Assembly (NCBI GenBank): GCA_963712115.1
Contig: CAVQGX010000027.1
Coordinates: 1 to 64,000 of the forward strand
Source of the DNA: an uncultured delta proteobacterium
Lineage (GTDB): Bacteria > Desulfobacterota > Syntrophobacteria > BM002
Direction: 5' to 3'
DNA: 64,000 bases
Shown piece by piece: positions 1-8,788 of this stretch; the first letter of the stretch is position 1; every line of letters starts with the position of its first letter. Made by a program: the position numbers and the translations under genes. The notes below the pieces were generated by a model that saw only the letters and a list, made by a program, of their open reading frames with translations, searched no databases and had not been told where the DNA came from.

Positions 1-116
1 CTAACGGCCGAGCTCAGCGGCGGGGCTGACCGGTGGTTGATTGATGATCTTTCGAACTCTGTACTGAAAAACCAAAGAGACTGTTTGCCCCGTCCGTCTG
101 CAGCGAGTGGTTAGGT
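1..116 (-). mobile_element. attC site (integron cassette recombination site) of cassette 4, clipped at window edge
   Basis: Minus strand: R'' ACCTAAC (116-110) ... R' GTTAG (5-1). Imperfect palindrome, nearly identical at both ends to 488-604 and 1634-1749. Confidence 0.9.
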
Positions 117-485
117 TTAGTCGTTCTCTTCTAGTTTCAGATTGGGATGCCTATCGTAAAAACCTTCCAATTCCTCAAGAGCGGTTTCACACTTAGGACA
201 TTTCAACCCAGGTACATCCTTGGCGTATTTGGTTTCTCCACATCTGGGACATATTACAAAACGCTTTGCCTCTCTCTTTGCCTCCTTGACCCTTTCTTCT
301 TGAATTAATATCTTCTTCCTATTCAATAGAACGTAGCCTATCCAGATGACCCCAGCAAATATCAATAGCATTCCTTGACCACTAGACACAGGAATTCCGT
401 AAACGGTCCAGCCAGGGACATTCACAATAAGGGCTCCCCCTACTACTAAAGCAAGTCCAAGCAGTATTTGTTTAGCTGGGATCAT
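117..485 (-). CDS. Integron cassette protein: 2 TM helices plus C-terminal zinc ribbon
   Basis: ORF exactly fills the space between two attC sites; two hydrophobic segments, then CPRC...CPKC. Confidence 0.8.
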   Translation of the reverse strand: MIPAKQILLGLALVVGGALIVNVPGWTVYGIPVSSGQGMLLIFAGVIWIGYVLLNRKKILIQEERVKEAKREAKRFVICPRCGETKYAKDVPGLKCPKCETALEELEGFYDRHPNLKLEEND

Positions 486-487
486 AA

Positions 488-604
488 ACCTAACGGCCGA
501 GCTCAGCGGCGGGGCTGGTCGGTGCCTGATGTTTGACTTTTCGAACTCAGTCCGGAAAACCGAAAGAAACTGTTAACCCCGTCCGTTGCAGCGATTGGTT
601 AGGC
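488..604 (-). mobile_element. attC site (117 bp)
   Basis: R'' GCCTAAC (604-598), R' GTTAGGT (494-488); shared arms cggccgagctcagcggcggggctg / ccccgtccgttgcagcg. Confidence 0.92.
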
Positions 605-610
605 TTCTGT

Positions 611-1075
611 TTAAAACGAGATGAATGAACCAATCCAGAATATGAGAAATATAAGAAGCACGAACGAGATGATGAGCAATGGCATCAAGAGTGTCAAAAG
701 AAGCACGAGAGCCATACTGACGGCAGTTACACCCCCTGCGCCACCGGATGCAGTCCGATGGAACGCGAGATAATTGGCGACGTAGCCAGCCGCCACCGCA
801 AGGATCAGGGCCACTGGAAGATACTCTTTGTACACCCAGCGAGTGCCGAAGCGCAGTGCGAGGCCAGACGGGAGTGCCAGAGCCCAAATAGCGAAATCAG
901 CCAGCGCGATTCCTATGAAACGCCTGAGACGCGGACGTGCTTGCCTGTGGCGGGGAAGAGATAGCAGGCCGAACTTCAAGACAACTGAAAAAATGGCGCC
1001 GAGTAAGATAGCTGGCAGCGCCACAAAGAGTACAAGTGGTCCCACATCTTGGGCATGGGCAATAGTCGGTAACAC
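611..1075 (-). CDS. Integron cassette membrane protein (4-5 TM), probably 5'-truncated
   Basis: Hydrophobic ORF ending 6 nt before an attC. It begins inside a signal-peptide-like stretch (VGAALVLPTIAHA-QD) fused to a half attC. Confidence 0.7.
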   Translation of the reverse strand: MLPTIAHAQDVGPLVLFVALPAILLGAIFSVVLKFGLLSLPRHRQARPRLRRFIGIALADFAIWALALPSGLALRFGTRWVYKEYLPVALILAVAAGYVANYLAFHRTASGGAGGVTAVSMALVLLLTLLMPLLIISFVLLIFLIFWIGSFISF

Positions 1076-1086
1076 CAGGGCTGCCC

Positions 1087-1130
1087 CAACGGAGCTGTCA
1101 GCCCCGTCCGACTGCAGCGAGTGGTTATGC
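1087..1130 (-). mobile_element. Truncated attC (R'' half only)
   Basis: caacggagctgtcagccccgtccgactgcagcgagtggttatgc matches 1707-1749; the R' arm is absent. Confidence 0.85.
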
Positions 1131-1139
1131 GGACGGGCT

Positions 1140-1601
1140 TTATAGATTGCTCAATAATCTACGGACTCGATATGCTACATATTTTGTGTCCAGAAAAACA
1201 AGGGCCCCACAAAACGTTAGTGCGAGAAGGAAAAGACCTAAACTGTTTAGCAACCTTTCGGTGAAGGGTCTGTCAATGAGAAGGATCATTGGCAATATGC
1301 CGGCTAATGCACCAAATACTGGGATCACATAGTATTCGGGCCATTTGAAATTGTAGTAAAGTTGGGTACCATTCTGCTCTGTATCGATAACAATATTCAT
1401 TCTGGAATTTGGCATCACCAAATGCGGACCACCATAGAGCCTCCAATGTCTGATAATTTTGCAATCAAGATGAGCCAATGATTCGCCAAGAACTGCCAAT
1501 TTGAATTTCTTCTCCAGAGCGTCCCTCACAACTGCTATGGACACATCACGGTCTGAATAGTCAATTTTGCCACCGCCAAACAAGAACTGCCCTATCGACA
1601 T
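1140..1601 (-). CDS. Integron cassette protein with 2 C-terminal TM helices
   Basis: 153-aa ORF between R' GTTATGC (1640-1634) and its cognate R'' GCATAAC (1130-1124). Confidence 0.8.
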   Translation of the reverse strand: MSIGQFLFGGGKIDYSDRDVSIAVVRDALEKKFKLAVLGESLAHLDCKIIRHWRLYGGPHLVMPNSRMNIVIDTEQNGTQLYYNFKWPEYYVIPVFGALAGILPMILLIDRPFTERLLNSLGLFLLALTFCGALVFLDTKYVAYRVRRLLSNL

Positions 1602-1633
1602 CAGATGATATCCCTGTCAAAGAATTTCCGGAA

Positions 1634-1749
1634 GCATAACGGTCGAGCTCAGCGGCGGGGCTGATTGGTGGTTGATTTACTGCCTTTCGAATTCAATGCA
1701 TTAAGTCAACGGAGCTGTCAGCCCCGTCCGTTGCAGCGATTGGTTATGT
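1634..1749 (-). mobile_element. attC site (116 bp)
   Basis: R'' ACATAAC (1749-1743), R' GTTATGC (1640-1634); same family as the other attC sites. Confidence 0.92.
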
Positions 1750-2063
1750 TAATTACCGAAATGACTCTTGATATCATTTTTTTTCATATAGCCTAGGCTT
1801 TTGTATGAGATTATGGTCCCAATGGGGAAGGCTAAAAACAGCGCAAAAAGAAAGAACTTAAAGAGGTAATATCCCCATTCTTTCCGAGCCAAAATTCCGA
1901 TCCCTGTAACGAGGTAAAGTAAGGATACCGTGATTCCGAAGTAATTTCGAAAAATTGGAGAAATCCCTATCGCAGCAGATGTATGAAGGGTATATAAACA
2001 ACCAACAAAGGAAACAATTAAGAGATAACCATAAATATCTAGAAATCGTTTGCCCTTTGTCAT
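1749..2063 (-). CDS. First integron cassette: small 3-TM membrane protein
   Basis: 104-aa AT-rich ORF between attI and attC; the stop codon abuts R''. Confidence 0.8.
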   Translation of the reverse strand: MTKGKRFLDIYGYLLIVSFVGCLYTLHTSAAIGISPIFRNYFGITVSLLYLVTGIGILARKEWGYYLFKFFLFALFLAFPIGTIISYKSLGYMKKNDIKSHFGN

Positions 2064-2079
2064 AATGATCTTCTAATTA

Positions 2080-2130
2080 ACATAACCTTAGATTATACGG
2101 CGTATTGTCCGTAGTATAGAACGGAAACTA
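2080..2130 (-). mobile_element. attI region (core GTTATGT at 2086-2080; outer extent approximate)
   Basis: GTTRRRY core complementary to the R'' of the first cassette, with no attC hairpin upstream; lies between cassette 1 and intI. Confidence 0.75.
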
Positions 2131-2268
2131 GAATCAATATGCCGCCATGTTCAATATATTCTAATATTTTACAAAAAAAATGCTGTCATATTGAAAACAA
2201 AAAATACGTAAACTTTTGCTTTTCTGCTATGCAGCGTATTTTCCGTATTTCATTTACGGAATTTCGAG

Positions 2269-2297
2269 TTGCAATCCTTGTGCTCGATTAGTATTTT
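2269..2297 (+). promoter_or_regulatory. Candidate sigma-70 promoter for intI
   Basis: TTGCAA-17 bp-TATTTT about 50 nt upstream of the intI start. Confidence 0.35.
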
Positions 2298-2349
2298 GAT
2301 CAGTAACTGGCGCAATAGGGGACAATAAAATCAAAGAAAGGGGCACCCC

Positions 2350-3303
2350 ATGAGACTTCTCGACCAAGTCCGCGAAGTCATCCGCAAAAAACACTACTCC
2401 ATTCGCACAGAACAGGCCTACCTTCAATGGATTAGGAGATTTATATTCTTTCACAACAAGCGCCATCCCAAACATATGGGAGAAAACGAAATCTCGCAAT
2501 ACATATCTCATCTGGCAACTCACGGTAAAGTCGCAGCCAGCACCCAAAATCAAGCCCTCAACGCCATAGTTTTCCTGTACAAACATGTTCTCCAAATAGA
2601 GTTAGGCGACTTTGGCCCCATGGAAAGGGCCAAGCGACCAAAGAGGCTGCCGACGGTATTGACCAAAGAAGAAGTGGTGCGTGTGCTGACAGCCATATCG
2701 GGCACTTACGGGTTGATGGCAAAGATCATATATGGTTGCGGCCTGAGGCTCATGGAATGCGTACGCTTGCGGGTTAAGGACATCGACTTTGAACGAAACC
2801 AAATTGCCGTGCGCGATGGCAAGGGGATGAAAGACCGTACAACCATGCTGCCCGAGCAATTGAAGCCTTTCCTGTCAGATCACCTGGCACGGGTGAAGAT
2901 ATTGCACGAGCAGGATCTCAAAAAAGGGCTCGGTGAAGTATACATGCCTTTTGCCCTGGAACGAAAGTATCCCAGGGGAGCAAAGCAGTGGAGCTGGCAA
3001 TATGCATTCCCCTCGGAGCGTATATCCGCTGACCCTCGCGGAGGTAAGATACGGCGACACCACATTAATGAAACCGGGCTGCAGAAAGCTGTTCGAACTG
3101 CAGCGAGGACTGCGGGTATCTTAAAACCGGTCAGCCCGCACACCCTGCGGCACAGCTTTGCCACCCACTTGCTGGAGGCCGGGTACGACATTAGAACAGT
3201 GCAGGAGCTGCTCGGGCACAAGGACGTGTCCACCACAATGATTTATACCCATGTAATTCAGAAGGGCGGTATGGGCGTGAAAAGCCCGTTTGATACATTG
3301 TAA
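2350..3303 (+). CDS. intI: Integron integrase (tyrosine recombinase)
   Basis: [16 protein letters not shown] and [14 protein letters not shown] catalytic motifs plus the integron-specific insert ([12 protein letters not shown]...WQYAFP...DPR...RRHH); divergent from the cassette array. Confidence 0.97.
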   Translation: MRLLDQVREVIRKKHYSIRTEQAYLQWIRRFIFFHNKRHPKHMGENEISQYISHLATHGKVAASTQNQALNAIVFLYKHVLQIELGDFGPMERAKRPKRLPTVLTKEEVVRVLTAISGTYGLMAKIIYGCGLRLMECVRLRVKDIDFERNQIAVRDGKGMKDRTTMLPEQLKPFLSDHLARVKILHEQDLKKGLGEVYMPFALERKYPRGAKQWSWQYAFPSERISADPRGGKIRRHHINETGLQKAVRTAARTAGILKPVSPHTLRHSFATHLLEAGYDIRTVQELLGHKDVSTTMIYTHVIQKGGMGVKSPFDTL

Positions 3304-3315
3304 AGTGCGGGCTAG

Positions 3316-3612
3316 CTAACTCAATTGAACACCGCATTTGGCACAAAATTTCGGATTGATGGCTTTGCCCAAATACTTATTGCAGGCAGGGCAGCGCCAA
3401 TTGAAAAGGGAAAATATCAAGACAGAAATGATTAAGGCAAAGGAAATGCCGAGAACAGCGTTCGGCGGCAGCCCGAAAATACCGGTTGGATTGCCCTCAA
3501 CTGAGAAAAGGGCAATAAATGCAAGTATAATTGGACCTACTGCCATGATCTGACGTGTTCGTTTCTTTTTGAACTCCTCGATTATTTCTGCATTGGATCT
3601 GTTCAATTCCAT
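3316..3612 (-). CDS. Small 2-TM protein with C-terminal zinc ribbon
   Basis: RBS AGAGGAG; two TM segments, then WRCPAC...FCAKCG. Confidence 0.8.
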   Translation of the reverse strand: MELNRSNAEIIEEFKKKRTRQIMAVGPIILAFIALFSVEGNPTGIFGLPPNAVLGISFALIISVLIFSLFNWRCPACNKYLGKAINPKFCAKCGVQLS

Positions 3613-3816
3613 GAATCTCTCCTCTGTTCTTTAGGGGACGAGCAATGATCTTTGTCATAGCTCCGCCAACTGAAAGCAGATGAATCGCCCCACCAACCTT
3701 ATGAATTCATATTGATTTCGTTGCGACAATGAGAACGACCTCGCCAGCCATCCAGATGCAAGATTCATCCCAGGACTGGGCATGATTATGCCAAGATTTT
3801 CAAAGCTTAAAGAGGA

Positions 3817-3903
3817 AAATCCCCCCGCCCGCCTCGCCTGAGCGAGCAGGCTCGCGAGGGCGGGCAAGCCCTCGCTCGCCCCTTTAGAAAAGGGGGGACA
3901 GGG
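3817..3903. repeat. CCCCTTT-AAAGGGG palindromic repeat with nested GC hairpin
   Basis: aaatccccc...gcccctttagaaaagggggg, related to 7192-7272, interrupted by the hairpin at 3824-3865. Confidence 0.6.
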
Positions 3904-3916
3904 AAAAGAAGAATCC

Positions 3917-3932
3917 TGGCACATCAGTTGCA
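3917..3932 (+). promoter_or_regulatory. Sigma-54 (-24/-12) promoter
   Basis: TGGCAC-ATCAG-TTGCA, an exact match to TGGCAC-N5-TTGCW. Confidence 0.65.
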
Positions 3933-4186
3933 CTAACTATCTGCGTGAGTTTGGCATCCTCTGCTTTCGAATCCGGGCTGGTTATCTTTACTGACCTTGT
4001 TTTTGCTGGCCAGCAGCCAAATAAGCCAGTTGTTGTAATGCAATGGCAGCCTGGGACAAATGAAAGCCTGGGGTATGGTTTTTAATACATCATAGAAAAA
4101 ATGGCACAGGAAAGTAGAGGGACAAGCTCGCAATAGCAGCCCGGTGCTAAAAGACCTAAATCAATTTTCAAGGTTCAGGTGTTAGG

Positions 4187-5140
4187 ATGAAGAAAAAAAC
4201 ATTTACAGTAATGTGGATGCCTTCTGGTAACAGTGGCCCTCGAACCTTCTCCGTCCCCCAAGTCTATTTATATATTTGCATAGGACTGCTGGCAGTTTCA
4301 TTGATGCTGCTAGTTATGGGAGGGTATTGGGGACACCGTCTCTATAGTAATACCAGCGAATTGCGCAGGCAAAATGTTAATCTACAGCATGAGGTGAAGG
4401 ATCTCGACACCTTGCGGGATACAATTCACCAGATCCAGAAAGATGAGGGGGTAATCCGCGGTTTTTTGGGTGTTGATGGTGATAAGAAGGAGGAGACTAG
4501 CCTGGGACAAGGAGGCGAGCCCTCAACAGATCTTTCTACCGTAGCACTCAACGATGCCATAACCTATAGTAGGCCACCGTTAACTGAGAGAGAGCAAGCC
4601 ACTGAAATAGTAGAGCGGGCTAAAGCCCTTCAAGCAGATTTTCGTGAACTGGTAGAGGCCATGTGGGACCAAAGACAGGTATTTGATAGCACTCCCAGTA
4701 TACTACCAGTAAAAACCAATTCCTATTGGTTCTCTTCCGGTTTTGGCTGGCGGCGCAGCCCTTTTACAGGAGCTAAGGAGTTTCACAACGGTTTAGACAT
4801 ATGCGGTAACAAGGGTACACCCGTTGTTGCACCTGCAGATGGTGTCGTTTACAGAAGAGGCCAGCACAGATATCTGGGCAGATACCTCCGGGTTGACCAC
4901 GGCAGAGGAGTAACCACTACCTACGGCCATCTCTCCGGATATAATGTTGATCGAGGCCAGCAAGTAAAGCGAGGGGAAGTAATAGGTTTCATGGGCAACA
5001 GCGGCCGCTCCTCGGGGACCCATGTTCATTACTCTGTCAGGGTTAAGACAAAATATGTGAATCCCTTTCATTATATTCTCAATACCAGGACAAATCGTTT
5101 GGTAGATTTTTACCAGGAAACCGAAGGGGGTGGGAAGTAG
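4187..5140 (+). CDS. M23 family metallopeptidase (N-terminal TM plus coiled coil)
   Basis: HNGLD (HxxxD) and HVHY (HxH) zinc motifs; SSGFGWRRSPF. Confidence 0.93.
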   Translation: MKKKTFTVMWMPSGNSGPRTFSVPQVYLYICIGLLAVSLMLLVMGGYWGHRLYSNTSELRRQNVNLQHEVKDLDTLRDTIHQIQKDEGVIRGFLGVDGDKKEETSLGQGGEPSTDLSTVALNDAITYSRPPLTEREQATEIVERAKALQADFRELVEAMWDQRQVFDSTPSILPVKTNSYWFSSGFGWRRSPFTGAKEFHNGLDICGNKGTPVVAPADGVVYRRGQHRYLGRYLRVDHGRGVTTTYGHLSGYNVDRGQQVKRGEVIGFMGNSGRSSGTHVHYSVRVKTKYVNPFHYILNTRTNRLVDFYQETEGGGK

Positions 5141-5289
5141 GAAGATAGAATCCAACCTAGCTAATCTCATTCAAAGTGGTAGTTTCTTTCCATTTTTGTT
5201 ACCTTTATTTCACAATACGACAAATGGCCATTTGTACATAATCACCGCTAATTATAAGAAATAACATTACTTTTTAAAATGAGCAAAGT

Positions 5290-5304
5290 TGGCACGATCC
5301 TTGT
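5290..5304 (+). promoter_or_regulatory. Sigma-54-like promoter, with upstream palindrome at 5220-5235
   Basis: TGGCAC-GATCC-TTGT; perfect 16-bp palindrome ACAAATGGCCATTTGT upstream. Confidence 0.45.
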
Positions 5305-5371
5305 GTATTGGGTCTTCGAACTTGTTGCATGAGTCCTTTGGAGTTAACAGCCAGGAGATAGGAGGTATTCC

Positions 5372-5566
5372 ATGGTTGAAGAAGAAAGGAGCCCATGCAT
5401 AACTTGCGAGAGACTCAAAAAGAATAAGAATGAATGTGCAGATTCATGTGAGAAGCTGAAAACGTATCAAGAGAGTTCGCCCCATTTCACACTTTATCGA
5501 GGAAACCCCGGATACTACTCCATGCCAGGACTGCAGCGCACTCCTAATTACCGCGGCATGGACTGA
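5372..5566 (+). CDS. Small Cys-rich hypothetical protein
   Basis: Strong RBS AGGAGGT; CxxC...CxxxC. Confidence 0.65.
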   Translation: MVEEERSPCITCERLKKNKNECADSCEKLKTYQESSPHFTLYRGNPGYYSMPGLQRTPNYRGMD

Positions 5567-5654
5567 GTCACCCGGAAAGGTGTGGACTCCCAGCGCTATA
5601 TTTCTAGGTAAGGATGGAGGCTGTGTCAATCGCTCCTCCAGTTGAGGTAAATTC

Positions 5655-6128
5655 ATGGATGATGCATACTGGGAAAAGTGTCCCTTTTATGCAGAGGACG
5701 AGTGTCCGAAAACCTCTTTGGTGGATAGAGCTTATTTGATCCCCCATTTGCTCAGTCCGGCAGAAATAGGTGCAGTGAAAGAGATCTGTAAGAAGTGCGG
5801 TCTCTATCTAAATGAGAAAAGAAAGTACATCCGGCTGAGAAAACCTTTTAGAGTTGCAGTCATCTCTGACAAAAAAGGGACCAGATTACAGGGCAAGATA
5901 ATAAATGTAAGCGGTGTCGGCGCTCTAATAATGCCCGATAACTGGTCTAATTTTTCTCTAAAACAGGAAGTGGAGCTGGAAATATACTCGCGACCGAGAG
6001 CGTCAAAAAATAACAATGAGACTGTTATTAAGGTTTCAGGTGTAATCAAGAGGGTAAATGACAAAGACAAACAAGTTGCGGTGATGTTTCTGGAAGAACT
6101 GAGGCAGGAGTATTTGCTTGCCCTTTAA
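5655..6128 (+). CDS. PilZ-domain protein with N-terminal Cys cluster
   Basis: RKYIR (RxxxR) and NVSGVG (D/NxSxxG); four N-terminal Cys. Confidence 0.8.
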   Translation: MDDAYWEKCPFYAEDECPKTSLVDRAYLIPHLLSPAEIGAVKEICKKCGLYLNEKRKYIRLRKPFRVAVISDKKGTRLQGKIINVSGVGALIMPDNWSNFSLKQEVELEIYSRPRASKNNNETVIKVSGVIKRVNDKDKQVAVMFLEELRQEYLLAL

Positions 6129-6152
6129 AAGTGCCTTAACTTTCTGGCTGCT

Positions 6153-7037
6153 ATGAAACCTTTTGATCAACGAAGAAGCCCCAGGATACGACAGATCTTT
6201 CAGGTGAAATTTCTCAAACAGGGGATTGATTTAACCCTGGACGGAAAGACTGCCAATCTGAGCCAAAAGGGGGCCTTCATCAAGACGAAGCACTGGCGCT
6301 TTCTCCAGGCCGGTGACCCCGCAGTTTTCACCTTTTTCCTGCCGCCCGATTTCACCGGTCAAGATAAAATCGTTGGTTTGCAGGGATCCGCGGTCATTAC
6401 CAGAATTGAAGAAGATAATGAGGGTATTGGTATACAGTTTATCAAGAATCTCAAACAATTTGAACCGGTCGTAGTTGCGGAGGTGGCGGGAAAGGCGAGA
6501 TATAAGAAACTTGCCTACTATCTGACTACTTTTGAAGATCTGGCATGGCCTGAATTTTTTAGCGCTTTCCCAAACGGTTTTCTCGTCGAAAAGTCGGAGC
6601 GCTTTTTAGACAAGAATGTAATGTTTCAGTTTCTAACCGATGTAATGGAAGATGAGCATGTGCTACAACAATTACAAAATGGCACGGTAAGAACTGCCGT
6701 ACTGGCTGCCAGAGTAATAGAAATTGCCAAGAGAAAAGATATTACCGAGCCTAATATGATTACCATTGGACGTTCTCCTGATAATGATATTGTCATTTAC
6801 AATAAATTGGTATCAAGAAGACATGCTTATCTACTTTTGAACCATAGAGAGAAAAGATGCAGTCTCATTGATATCGGATCTACAAATGGTACATTTTTGA
6901 ATGACACAAAGGTAACTCCCCATGAGGAATACCAGTTAGCTGAAGCGGATGAAATATCCATTGGACCTGAAACAAAAGTGGTGTACTTCTCTTCAAAAGC
7001 TTTCCATACTTTCCTCTCAGAACTAAAATCGCCTTAA
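6153..7037 (+). CDS. PilZ-FHA fusion protein
   Basis: RRSPR and NLSQKG at the N-terminus; FHA motifs IGR, SRRHA and STNGTFLN at the C-terminus. Confidence 0.85.
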   Translation: MKPFDQRRSPRIRQIFQVKFLKQGIDLTLDGKTANLSQKGAFIKTKHWRFLQAGDPAVFTFFLPPDFTGQDKIVGLQGSAVITRIEEDNEGIGIQFIKNLKQFEPVVVAEVAGKARYKKLAYYLTTFEDLAWPEFFSAFPNGFLVEKSERFLDKNVMFQFLTDVMEDEHVLQQLQNGTVRTAVLAARVIEIAKRKDITEPNMITIGRSPDNDIVIYNKLVSRRHAYLLLNHREKRCSLIDIGSTNGTFLNDTKVTPHEEYQLAEADEISIGPETKVVYFSSKAFHTFLSELKSP

Positions 7038-7191
7038 CCCGGAGTAAATCAACACTCGAGTCTTTCACTCCCTAAGTTTTTGCCAGCCTAGTAGTTTCAA
7101 GACACACCTCCTGTGGTGGTGGTATAGTTTAGCTTTTCTTGCCAATTGGATAATGTCTGAGTTGGTTTGATGAATGTACAGCCGAGATATA

Positions 7192-7318
7192 AATCCCCCT
7201 TTACGAAAGGGGGAGATTTTGAAGTGATTACATGAAGTTCCCCCCTTTGATAAAGGGGGGTTAGGGGGGATTAAGAGAAAGGTGCATTCAGCGTCATTAC
7301 TGCGGAAGCAGGAATCCA
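7192..7318. repeat. Palindromic repeat cluster (two CCCCCTTT-AAAGGGGG units plus a GTCATT..GGAATCCA unit)
   Basis: Two hairpins at 7195-7260, and gtcattactgcggaagcaggaatcca (7293-7318), related to 36986-37012. Confidence 0.7.
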
Positions 7319-7391
7319 AGCCTCCTGTTGACTTTACCTAACTAATTCCTATCTTTTGTTTAATTTTCCTAGTGACTCGGTAGGTAAAGAA

Positions 7392-8739
7392 ATGAAACTT
7401 GGGGTTTTGTCTATAAGGTTTTTGGGCCATAAGCTATTGAGGTCAGCAAAATTGACCGCCTTGCTCTGTGGGCTGCTATTTTCGTTTACAGCAGCTTCGT
7501 GGGGGGCTGTCGCCATTAAAGCGGAGCCTGTGATCACTGGGCTTTCCAGTCCGGTGGACATAACCCATGCAGGTGATGGTTCGGGCCGGCTCTTCATCGT
7601 CCTTCAAGGTGGAAGGATTGTAATTTTCGACGGCGTGCAGATTCTCTCCCCTCCTTTTCTCGATATCACCTCTCTCGTTTCTTCAGGGGGAGAGCGAGGA
7701 CTGCTAGGTGCAGCCTTTCATCCAAACTATGTGGGCAACGGGTTTTTCTACGTGAGCTACACTGACACTGCCGGCGCCAGCGTAATTGCCCGCTACTCTG
7801 TCTCCTTAGATCCCAACCGAGCTGACCCAACGTCAGGTGTTATTATACTCACCATCCCTCAGCCCTTTAGCAACCACAATGGCGGCCAGTTGCATTTCGG
7901 GCCTGACGGTTACCTCTATATCGGGGTAGGCGACGGTGGTTCAGGTGGGGACCCTCAAAACAACGGGCAAGACTTGGGAACGCTCTTGGGGAAAATACTT
8001 CGTATCGATGTGGACTCCGGTTTGCCCTTCACTGTTCCACCAGATAATCCCTTTGTTGGAATTGTAGGTGCGCGCGACGAAATCTGGTCCTTTGGCTTGA
8101 GGAACCCCTGGCGTTTCAGCTTTGACAGGTTGACGGGAGATATGTTCATAGGAGACGTTGGCCAGAACAGCTGGGAAGAAGTGAATTTCCAGCCGTCCAC
8201 CAGCACAGGGGGCGAGAATTACGGCTGGCGGCTAATGGAAGGCAACAGCTGCTTCAATCCGGCAACCAACTGCAACAACGGCACCCTCACCTTACCAATC
8301 TTGGTATACGATCATGGTGTGGGCTGCTCGGTTACCGGGGGCTACCGTTACCGGGGAAGCAAAAACCCTAATCTCAATGGACTATACCTCTACGGCGACT
8401 TCTGCACCGGTCTAATCTGGGGTGCTCAAGAGGACGGCCTAGGTGGCTGGAACACCACAGTGTTGTTAGACACAAATTTTTCCATAAGCACCTTTGGTGA
8501 AGACGAGTCCGGAGAGATATACTTTGCCCATCTGTCTGCCACTAACGGGGCAATATATCAAGTGGTACAATCCACTACCAGCGCTAATTCAGCCTCAGCC
8601 TCCTCCGGTGGTGGGGGAGGGGGGTGGGGCTGTAGGGTGCTTCATTACCACTGCGGTTCATGGCTCACAAGAGGTAGTGGGAGTGTGGGCCAGATTTGTC
8701 TTGAAACTTTTTTCTCCTTTCCGTAAGCTAGCCATATAA
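7392..8739 (+). CDS. PQQ-dependent glucose/sorbosone dehydrogenase family protein with CFI-box-like C-terminal tail (frameshift in G-run near 8615)
   Basis: ERGLLG, NHNGG, FGPDGYLY, GDGG, LGKILRID and GLRNPWR motifs; GCFITTA lies in the alternate frame after a poly-Gly linker. Confidence 0.88.
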
Positions 8740-8788
8740 GCGAATTTCCCTGCGGCAGATGGTGAAGATATTCAATGGATCGCATAAA

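Noticed and set aside
1-1749. Regularly spaced repeats as a CRISPR array
   Set aside because: The units are ~116 bp with RYYYAAC/GTTRRRY ends, separated by whole ORFs and next to intI, so they are attC sites. No cas genes are present.
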